Origin: an uncultured Chloroflexia bacterium
GTDB taxonomy: Bacteria; Chloroflexota; Anaerolineae; B4-G1; SLSP01
Assembly (NCBI GenBank): GCA_963751345.1
Contig: CAVVUS010000037.1
Span: 64,001-128,000, forward strand
Direction: 5' to 3'
Length of the DNA stretch: 64,000 bases
The notes beneath the pieces were generated by a model. It did not search any database. It was not told the origin of the DNA and saw only the letters and a program-made list of their open reading frames with translations. Shown here one piece after another: positions 56,761 through 64,000 of the stretch; the stretch's first letter is position 1; each line of letters opens with the position of its first letter. Both the position numbers and the translations under genes were made by a program.

Positions 56761-57878
56761 CGGATTGAGACGGGAGTTCCGATATCGACCCAATCGTAGA
56801 GCAGCCTGGCCTCCTCGGTCCCCAACACGACGCAGCCATAGGAGACCGGTGTGCCCAGATAGCCCGCCCAGAGGGTCTGGCCGTTGGACAGGATCGGGAG
56901 AGCATGAATCCCGTTCTCCGTCGACCCGGCCCAATAGATGCCCAGCCACCACGGCATCCAGAGATCCCAGGCCGAACCATAGGCATTGGGAATCTTGCTC
57001 TGGATCCGGAACTCGCCCGCGGCGGTGTAAGACGGCGCCGCGCCCGTCGAGGCCACAAACGAATAGACCAGCTGGTCGCCCTGATAGGCGTAGAGATGCT
57101 GCTCCGATAGGCTGACGATGATGAGCTTGCCCTCGCCGGAGACGACAGGCGCCGTCCCGGCGAGACGTAGCACCTGACCAACGTAGATCTGTGAGGGATT
57201 GGCGATCCCATTCAGTTGCGCGATCACGGCCACCGTGGTTCCGGTCCGCGCCGCGATTTGCGTCAGCGTGTCGCCATGTTGCACGGTGTAGGTCTCAGCG
57301 TCGACAGCGATCTCCGGCGTCGCCGTGACCTCAGGGGTCGCCGTCGCCTCACCGGAAGTCTCGGCGGGCGAGGGTGGCGAGATCGGCTCGGGCAGCACCA
57401 GCTCCTGACCGGCATAGATCGGGCTCCAGCTTGTGAGTCCATTCTCACGCATAAGAGCCCAGATCGAGACCCGGACCCTGGCGGCAATGCCGCTCAACGT
57501 ATCTCCTGGCTGTACCAGATATGAGCGAGCATCCAGGCCGGGCATAGCCGGCGTCGGGACCGGCGTTGGCTCGGACGGCGTTGGCTCGCCTGGCGCCGAT
57601 CCGTCCGATGGAGGCGTCAGCGGCGCCTGCGGCGCCGTCGTAGTCGTCGCGCCGGGAATCACCAGCCGCTGCCCAACGTAGATATAGACCGTAGTCAGAC
57701 CGTTGGCCGCCATAATCTCGTTCACGGTGGTCCCGTAGTAGAGAGCGATGCGGAAGAGGTTTTCACCTGCCTGGACGGTATGGGTGACGGTCTCCTGCGC
57801 GCGGACCGGACGGCCGAGCGCCATACAGGCGAGCAGAATCAGTGACAACAGGGCAGCGCTGAGATGTCTACGTCGCAT
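56754..57878 (-). CDS. LysM (x3) L,D-transpeptidase
   Basis: Three LysM repeats (VQxGE/D.L..IA) plus YkuD domain with GIHALP...SYGCVVL. Confidence 0.9.
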   Translation of the reverse strand: MRRRHLSAALLSLILLACMALGRPVRAQETVTHTVQAGENLFRIALYYGTTVNEIMAANGLTTVYIYVGQRLVIPGATTTTAPQAPLTPPSDGSAPGEPTPSEPTPVPTPAMPGLDARSYLVQPGDTLSGIAARVRVSIWALMRENGLTSWSPIYAGQELVLPEPISPPSPAETSGEATATPEVTATPEIAVDAETYTVQHGDTLTQIAARTGTTVAVIAQLNGIANPSQIYVGQVLRLAGTAPVVSGEGKLIIVSLSEQHLYAYQGDQLVYSFVASTGAAPSYTAAGEFRIQSKIPNAYGSAWDLWMPWWLGIYWAGSTENGIHALPILSNGQTLWAGYLGTPVSYGCVVLGTEEARLLYDWVDIGTPVSIRY

Positions 57879-57953
57879 AGAGGACTCCTCAAAGCAGCAC
57901 GATGATTGACGTCCAAACGTCTCTAGTGGATAGTTAAGCCGATTCCTAAGATC

Positions 57954-58024
57954 TGTCATCCTGAACGGAGTGAAGGATCTACACCTGCAAAGCTGAGATC
58001 CTTCGCCTGCGGCTCGGGATGACA
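57954..58024. repeat. REP-like palindromic intergenic element
   Basis: TGTCATCCTGAACGGAGTGAAGGATCT...AGATCCTTCGCCTGCGGCTCGGGATGACA. Confidence 0.7.
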
Positions 58025-58049
58025 CTCACAGCACCTGCCTGACCCGCCA

Positions 58050-59369
58050 TCAGTGTGTTGCGCAGGCGATGCAAGGATCAAAGGCACGTACCACACGCCC
58101 TACGGCGCGCTCAAGCTCAAGATCGACGTGGTCTGCGGTGATGTAACGCTCGGCGACAACGCGCAGTGCCCGCTCAATCGCCATCAGATTGTGGACGGTC
58201 GGGATGATGAACTCCGCCCTGGCGATCTTGCCTCGCTCGACCCGGTAGTGGTGGATCAGAGGACCGCGCGGCGCCTCGACCAGCCCGTACCCCTCACCGT
58301 CGCGGGGCGTATGCGGGACGTTGGTCTCCTCGCCCTCCAGGGGCTCGGCCAGGATCTCCATCGAACGCTCGATGGCGTAGACGAGCTCGATCCCCCGGGC
58401 CAGATCAAAGAGCATGATCGCGTGGGCCGGGTGTCCAAAAGCTTCCCGAAACAGGCGCAGATAGCGATCGGCCATTGGGGTCCCCATCTTCTCAATCAGG
58501 TTGGCCCGGGCGAGGCTGTTGGCGCGCATGACCTGGCCCCTGTAGCTGGTCTGCTCGGCGTAGCTGTCTTCCGTCTCCTCGACGGTGAGGTAACTCTCGT
58601 ACTCTCGTGCAGGAAAGGCTGTACAGACGCCCTCGTCCCCATCGCATCCCAGGACGCGAACCACGTCGCCATAGTAGTTGGGATGCGTCACACCTATCGA
58701 GGAGATATAGCAAGCCGGAGCGTCATCCCCCCAGGTGCCAAGGCGCTCAGCCATCGCCAGCGAGACTTCCCAGTACGTGTCAAACAACCCACACGCGATC
58801 GGCAGCGCGCGGGCAAGCTCTTGGCGCATGTGCGCCGCAGCCTCCGCCGTGATGCCGGACGTCACGCCACCCACGACTGCCTTCACCGGATGGATGAACT
58901 GCCCCCCTGCCAACGTGATCAGGTGGGTGCCCATCTGGCGGACCTGAAGCGCGCGTGTGGCCATCGTCGCGTCGGCGTCCGCGTGGAGCGTGCTGTCCTC
59001 GGCATCGTAGATGCTGGCCACATTCAGCCGGTCCGGCATCGTGAAGACGAAAAGCGACGTGGCCTGGTTCTGCAACAACTGCCCAAGCAGCAGGAGCTCG
59101 CGAATCTTCAGCGCCAGTGGCGGGGGAGAGACGTCATAGATATCCTCCAGCGTCTTCACAGCAGCCACGTGGTGGGCAGTAGAGCAGACGCCACAGATGC
59201 GCGGCACGATGACCGGCATTTGCTCCGGCGGCCCGCCTTGCACCAGGAACTCGAACCCTCGATATTCGGTGGCCTGGAAACGCGCAGAGGTGACCTGACC
59301 GTGGTGCACTTCCACGACGACCTGCGCGTGACCTTCCATACGGCTCAGTGGAAACGTCAACGTCGCCAT
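58050..59369 (-). CDS. [NiFe]-hydrogenase large subunit (group 3-like, MvhA/HoxH type)
   Basis: SRMEGH, RGFE, PRICGVC, EAPRG, DPCIACATH-stop. Confidence 0.92.
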   Translation of the reverse strand: MATLTFPLSRMEGHAQVVVEVHHGQVTSARFQATEYRGFEFLVQGGPPEQMPVIVPRICGVCSTAHHVAAVKTLEDIYDVSPPPLALKIRELLLLGQLLQNQATSLFVFTMPDRLNVASIYDAEDSTLHADADATMATRALQVRQMGTHLITLAGGQFIHPVKAVVGGVTSGITAEAAAHMRQELARALPIACGLFDTYWEVSLAMAERLGTWGDDAPACYISSIGVTHPNYYGDVVRVLGCDGDEGVCTAFPAREYESYLTVEETEDSYAEQTSYRGQVMRANSLARANLIEKMGTPMADRYLRLFREAFGHPAHAIMLFDLARGIELVYAIERSMEILAEPLEGEETNVPHTPRDGEGYGLVEAPRGPLIHHYRVERGKIARAEFIIPTVHNLMAIERALRVVAERYITADHVDLELERAVGRVVRAFDPCIACATH

Positions 59370-60220
59370 ATCACAGCACCTTCTCTTTCGAGTCTCACGA
59401 TCCGGTTGCCACCTGAATAGTCAGAAAACTGGAAGAGGAAGAGCGCCAACTGCGGCGAGCGAAGCGCGGCATCGATCTCATCCTCGGCGATGGCGGTCAT
59501 CGAGTCAAAAACGCGTTTGATGCTCTTCAGCCACACGCCCGACTCCTTCTCGATGAAGACATCGGAGGGCCCGCGACAACCAACGCACGGGTGACCCGCT
59601 CGCGGGCACGGGGCGCGACACCCACCCCTTGTCGACGAGCCGACACAAAGATAGCCCTGGTTGATCAAGCATATGTCGGGCAGCACGTTGCCCTGCTCAA
59701 AACCAAGCAGCCGTTCGGGCCGCATATCGCGAAGCTTGGTCCGCCCACACTCCTGGCACACGATCTTGCTGGCCTGGAAGTCGGGATCGTCCATCAGTAC
59801 CGCCATGAAGAGCTCGGAGGTCGGTGGGCAGCCCGGCAGATAGAGATCGACGTCCACGTAGGCGTCCACCGGGTGACACTTGGGCAGTAGCCTCGGCACA
59901 TCACGTCGCTCCGCCTGTGCCAAGAAGACCTCACGCACCTCATCCCGGTCCCCCAGGTTCGCAACGCCGCCTGAAATCGCGCACGTCCCAACCGGCACGA
60001 CCTGGGCGGCGCGCTTAACGGCCCCGCGGAGCTTGTGCAGATCCTCGTCGGTCCGCACGCCCCCGCTGATGAGCAGGATGTCGACCTCGGGCACATCGTG
60101 CGCGGTGACGACCAGGGGCATATAGACAAGGTCAAACTGATCGACCCAGGCATCCGCGTTGATCAGCGAGACCTCGCACCCGGCACACCCGGAGAGCTGC
60201 AGGACCGCGAAGCGCTTCAT
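59357..60220 (-). CDS. [NiFe]-hydrogenase small subunit (MvhG-like)
   Basis: SGCAGC, GTCA, PGCPP, CQEC, CL..QGYLC.G..TRGGC...C...CVGCRGP. Confidence 0.9.
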   Translation of the reverse strand: MKRFAVLQLSGCAGCEVSLINADAWVDQFDLVYMPLVVTAHDVPEVDILLISGGVRTDEDLHKLRGAVKRAAQVVPVGTCAISGGVANLGDRDEVREVFLAQAERRDVPRLLPKCHPVDAYVDVDLYLPGCPPTSELFMAVLMDDPDFQASKIVCQECGRTKLRDMRPERLLGFEQGNVLPDICLINQGYLCVGSSTRGGCRAPCPRAGHPCVGCRGPSDVFIEKESGVWLKSIKRVFDSMTAIAEDEIDAALRSPQLALFLFQFSDYSGGNRIVRLEREGAVIWRR

Positions 60221-60445
60221 CTGGCCTCCTCCACACACAGCCGAACGTGACCACACCCCTGTGAGTCTAGTTCAGCTTCGGCGAATCGCAAGACGCGGGA
60301 CCCTCCGGGAAGAAAAGCACCAATCCCGGAGGGTCAGACTGCAATCGTTCAAGTGCGAAAGGCTTTGCTTTACAACCATGTCAAAGACGGTATACTACCG
60401 CTGTCTTACGCCCACGTCACAATCGAGGCTCAGATACAACATCCT

Positions 60446-62161
60446 ATGGAAGAGCAGCACATCAAACAAAGCGATCCCCGCGAGACCGTCCAAATCACGC
60501 TGCCGGATGGACTTACGTACGAAGGACCCGTCGGCACGACGTTGGAGTCCTTCCTCAGGGCAGCCTACCCCAACCCGGAGGCCCCCCTGATTGCGGCATT
60601 GGTCGACTGCCATCTCCGCGAGCTGACCTATCGGGTCAAGCGAGACTGCGTTGTGGAGCCGATCGATCTCTCACAGTCGGACGGCGTTCGCATTTACCGA
60701 CGGTCCCTCACATTCCTGATGGTCGCGGTTGCCGACCAGCTCTTTCCGGGAACTGAGATCTACGTGGACCACTCGCTGCCTTACGGCGGTTACTTCTGCG
60801 AGGTGCGTAACCGCGCACCGTTCACGGATGAGGAGTTGGCGCGCTTGAGCGCCGAGATGCAGCGCCATATCGATGCCGACACACCTATTCTCCGTGAGGA
60901 GGAGGTGCCCCTCGACGAGGCGCTCGATCTCTTCCAGACCCGTGGGGAGACTGACAAGGTCGGCATCTTCGAGACTCGTGATCGCACGCGAAAGGCCTAC
61001 TTGCGGCTGTACGGTCTCAACGGCTATCGTGACTACTTCCACGGCTACATGGTGCCGAGTGCCGGCTATCTCAAGGTCTTCCGATTGGTTCGCTGGGAGG
61101 AGGGATTCATCCTCCAGTTTCCGCGACGCGTGCAGCCCACCCAACTGCAACAACCCATCCGCTACCCGCAGCTGAAACGTGTCTTCAGGGAATACGGGGA
61201 ATGGCTTCGGCTTCTGGAGACGGAGAACGTCGGAGGGCTCAACCGGGCGATCAGTCGTGGGCGGATCCACGAGATCATCCTGGTCTCCGAAGCCCTGCAC
61301 GAGCAGGTGATTGCCGACATTGCACGGCAGATCGCCAGCCGCAGGGATCATGTACGGCTCGTGCTTATCGCCGGGCCTTCTTCCTCGGGGAAGACCACCT
61401 TCTCAAAACGGCTTGCCGTGCAGCTTCTAGCACACGGCGTGCGGCCCTTCGCCCTGGAGCTTGACAACTACTTCGTCAATCGGGAGCTGACGCCGAAGGA
61501 TGAGGCCGGCGACTACAATTTCGAGGCGCTGGAAGCCCTGGATCTGCCCCGTTTCAACGAACAACTGGGGCCGCTCATGAGCGGAGAGGAAGTGCAGTTG
61601 CCGAAGTACAACTTCCTCACCGGCCAACGCGAGAATGGTCAGGTCGTCCGCCTTCATCCGGACCAGATCGTCATCGTCGAAGGTATCCACGGGATGAACC
61701 CACGCCTGGTCTACTCGATCCCGCCCGACAGCATCTTCCGTGTTTACGTCTCGGCCTTGACGCAGCTCAACCTCGATAGACACAACCGTGTCGCGACAAC
61801 GGACACTCGGCTGATCCGGCGTATCACGCGCGACGCGCGTACCCGCGGCTACTCTGCGATGGACACACTGAATCGATGGGAGAGTGTGCGCCGCGGGGAG
61901 AAAGAGTACATCTTTCCGTATCAGGAGTACGCCGACGTCATGTTCAACTCGGCACTCGTCTACGAGCTTTCCGTGCTCAAATCGCTGGCAGAGCCCCTGC
62001 TGCTCCAGGTCAATCCGGAGTCGCGCCAGTGGGTGGAGGCCAAGCGCTTGCTCAAGTTCCTACAGTGGTTCCGGCCTCTTGACATCTCCCTCGTGCCCGA
62101 GAACTCCATTCTTCGCGAATTCGTCGGGGGATTGGCGCTAGAGGATTTCCATTGGGATTAG
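60446..62161 (+). CDS. Uridine/nucleoside kinase with N-terminal ThrRS-like domains
   Basis: TGS/ThrRS-like N-terminus; AGPSSSGKTT, LDNYF, EGIHG, RLIRRITRD, FNSALVYE. Confidence 0.88.
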   Translation: MEEQHIKQSDPRETVQITLPDGLTYEGPVGTTLESFLRAAYPNPEAPLIAALVDCHLRELTYRVKRDCVVEPIDLSQSDGVRIYRRSLTFLMVAVADQLFPGTEIYVDHSLPYGGYFCEVRNRAPFTDEELARLSAEMQRHIDADTPILREEEVPLDEALDLFQTRGETDKVGIFETRDRTRKAYLRLYGLNGYRDYFHGYMVPSAGYLKVFRLVRWEEGFILQFPRRVQPTQLQQPIRYPQLKRVFREYGEWLRLLETENVGGLNRAISRGRIHEIILVSEALHEQVIADIARQIASRRDHVRLVLIAGPSSSGKTTFSKRLAVQLLAHGVRPFALELDNYFVNRELTPKDEAGDYNFEALEALDLPRFNEQLGPLMSGEEVQLPKYNFLTGQRENGQVVRLHPDQIVIVEGIHGMNPRLVYSIPPDSIFRVYVSALTQLNLDRHNRVATTDTRLIRRITRDARTRGYSAMDTLNRWESVRRGEKEYIFPYQEYADVMFNSALVYELSVLKSLAEPLLLQVNPESRQWVEAKRLLKFLQWFRPLDISLVPENSILREFVGGLALEDFHWD

Positions 62162-62170
62162 GCTCCCTCT

Positions 62171-64000
62171 ATGGACCAGTGCCCTAAGTGCGGTGAGGCC
62201 CTGGGTGGGGCCACTATTGTCTGCCCCCACTGCGGAGCCACGCTCGTCGAGGACGAGAAAAGGCGCGCGTGGTTCGGCCGACGGCGGACGTCGCGCACCC
62301 CTCGGCAGCAGGGCCACCATCGCATCTGGATACGATTGCTCCTCGCGCTGCTTGCGGTCGTGCTCTTTGTCGGGGTCCTCGCCGGCTCAGCCTACGTCGG
62401 CATCTATACAGGCGAACGAGACCGCCAGACCCGCAGGGAGACCGTCCTCCAAGAGCACTATCAAGCGGGTATCACGGCACTCAACGATGGGAACTCCGAG
62501 CGCGCCGTCGCGGAGTTCGCGTATGTGCTGGAGCTCGATCCCGAGGACGGCCTGGCGGAGCAGGGGCTCACCGAAGCGCAGGCCCGCCTCGAGGTCAAGC
62601 CGACACCCACGCTGGAAGCCGCACAATCGCTGGCGGAGCAACTCCTCGCGCAGGCTGAGGCCTCCTACGCCCAGGAGGACTGGGTCTCAACCGCCCGCAC
62701 TCTGACGCAGCTCAGATCGCTGGATACAGTCTTCGCTCAGGAGGAAGTGGAGGAAATGCTCTTCCACAGCCTCTACCAGGCCGGTACGCAGTACCTCGAG
62801 GAGGACTCGCTCGAAATCGGTATCTCCTATCTCGACCAGGCCATCGCCCTTCGGCCCCTCGACGCGGACGTGGTGGCCCAGCGCAATCTCGCCGCGCGCT
62901 ATCTCGACGCGCTCAACTACTGGGGCGTAGATTGGGAACTCAGCATCGAACGGTTCGGGACCCTCTACGCTACCGCACCCGACTACAAGGACGTCGCACA
63001 GCGCCTGTACCAGGCCCATGTTGAGTACGGCGACGACTTTGTCGAACGCGGCGAGATGTGTCCGGCGGAGGTCCAGTACAGCCAGGCGCTGCGTATGTAC
63101 ACCAGCACCTCGGTCGAGGAAGCGCGCGCCGATGCGGCCCAAACCTGTCTCAGCGCCACGCCGATCCCGATCAGCGGCACGATGCCAAGCCTGACGCCGC
63201 AGCCCATCGCGGGGTTTTCAGTAGGTCGCCTGGCCTACCCGGTGTATAACAGCGCCAGCGGCGCCTACGACCTCTACGCCCTCTACGCCGGCGGACGTAT
63301 CATCCGCGTGGCGATCAACGGCGATCAACCCTCGTGGGAGTGGAACACCGGCAGGGTGGTGTACCGCGATAGAGCCGCCGGCTCGGTGCAGTTGGTGCTC
63401 CCCGAGGAAGGCGTGCCGCTCCAGTTACTGCCCGCCGGCCAACAGGCGTGGCCGACCTTGTCGCCCGACAGCCAACGTCTCGCCTACGCCGCGGTAGCAG
63501 GGGATGGCAACTGGGCCATCTACATCGCGAATATAGATGGCAGCGGCGAACCACGCCAGCTTGCTGCCGGGTGGGCACCGTCGTGGAGCAACACCGGACT
63601 TCTCGCCTACACCGGATGCGATAGCGACGGGGGCTGCGGCATCATCCTCGATAACCCGGACGATGACCAGCCCGGCGGGCGCCTCACCGGCAGCCAGAAC
63701 GACGGGGCCGTGAGCTGGGCACCGGCAGGCAACATGATGGCCTACATGGGCAACGTCACGGGGAACTGGGATCTCTTCCTGCTTAGCCCCGAGGGCGGTG
63801 TACAGCAGCTTACCACAGACACCTCGGACGAAGGGCTGCCCGCCTGGTCGCCCGACGGCGGCAAGATTGCGTTCGTGAGCAATCGCGGCGGGAGTTGGGC
63901 GCTCTATGTGATGGATCTCGGGACGCAGGAGGTCCAGCGCATCCTTGACCTGGGTGCAGAGCTGCCGGGTTGGGAGAACCAACGCCTCGCCTGGGCGCCT
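62171..64000 (+). CDS. Zinc-ribbon/TM/TPR/TolB-like beta-propeller protein (runs off window end; absent from the ORF track)
   Basis: ATG 62171 MDQCPKC...CPHC, hydrophobic segment, helical repeats, PD40-like repeats (PTLSPD, PAWSPDGGKIAFVSNR). Confidence 0.78.
   Translation, partial: MDQCPKCGEALGGATIVCPHCGATLVEDEKRRAWFGRRRTSRTPRQQGHHRIWIRLLLALLAVVLFVGVLAGSAYVGIYTGERDRQTRRETVLQEHYQAGITALNDGNSERAVAEFAYVLELDPEDGLAEQGLTEAQARLEVKPTPTLEAAQSLAEQLLAQAEASYAQEDWVSTARTLTQLRSLDTVFAQEEVEEMLFHSLYQAGTQYLEEDSLEIGISYLDQAIALRPLDADVVAQRNLAARYLDALNYWGVDWELSIERFGTLYATAPDYKDVAQRLYQAHVEYGDDFVERGEMCPAEVQYSQALRMYTSTSVEEARADAAQTCLSATPIPISGTMPSLTPQPIAGFSVGRLAYPVYNSASGAYDLYALYAGGRIIRVAINGDQPSWEWNTGRVVYRDRAAGSVQLVLPEEGVPLQLLPAGQQAWPTLSPDSQRLAYAAVAGDGNWAIYIANIDGSGEPRQLAAGWAPSWSNTGLLAYTGCDSDGGCGIILDNPDDDQPGGRLTGSQNDGAVSWAPAGNMMAYMGNVTGNWDLFLLSPEGGVQQLTTDTSDEGLPAWSPDGGKIAFVSNRGGSWALYVMDLGTQEVQRILDLGAELPGWENQRLAWAP

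Noticed and set aside
58053-59420. Long antisense ORFs (e.g. 58053-59420, 5321-6331, 19127-20281, 46173-47165)
   Set aside because: Expected shadows of real genes in high-GC DNA; no protein motifs

Overview
GC-rich bacterial chromosomal window with about 45 genes. The gene repertoire (BTAD-ATPase-TPR regulator, PRC-barrel protein, Pro/Thr-rich lipoproteins, EAD domain, AGAAC-N4-GTTCT-like LexA box) suggests Chloroflexota/Anaerolineae; this is inference. About 16 recognisable genes are split by frame changes, most likely uncorrected long-read indels. Main find: a 7-gene minus-strand operon (23648-30493) behind a P3-less Moco/Tuco riboswitch and an intrinsic terminator. It encodes an ECF transporter whose S component carries two molybdopterin-oxidoreductase-like domains, a diheme CxxCH protein with two more, an NPP-type phosphatase lipoprotein and two stand-alone lipoproteins with the same domain. 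It is a candidate molybdenum/tungsten-cofactor (pterin) scavenging system. Also notable: a type IIA topoisomerase pair with no GyrA-box and Leu at QRDR position 87, behind a perfect sigma70 promoter containing a LexA-like box; an EAD-2xHTH fusion; an orphan glycyl-radical enzyme; a group-3-like NiFe hydrogenase whose large subunit lacks the C-terminal extension; and an alpha-glucan/pentose-phosphate cluster. No tRNA, rRNA, CRISPR array or transposase was seen. All family calls come from motif recognition by eye, not database searches.
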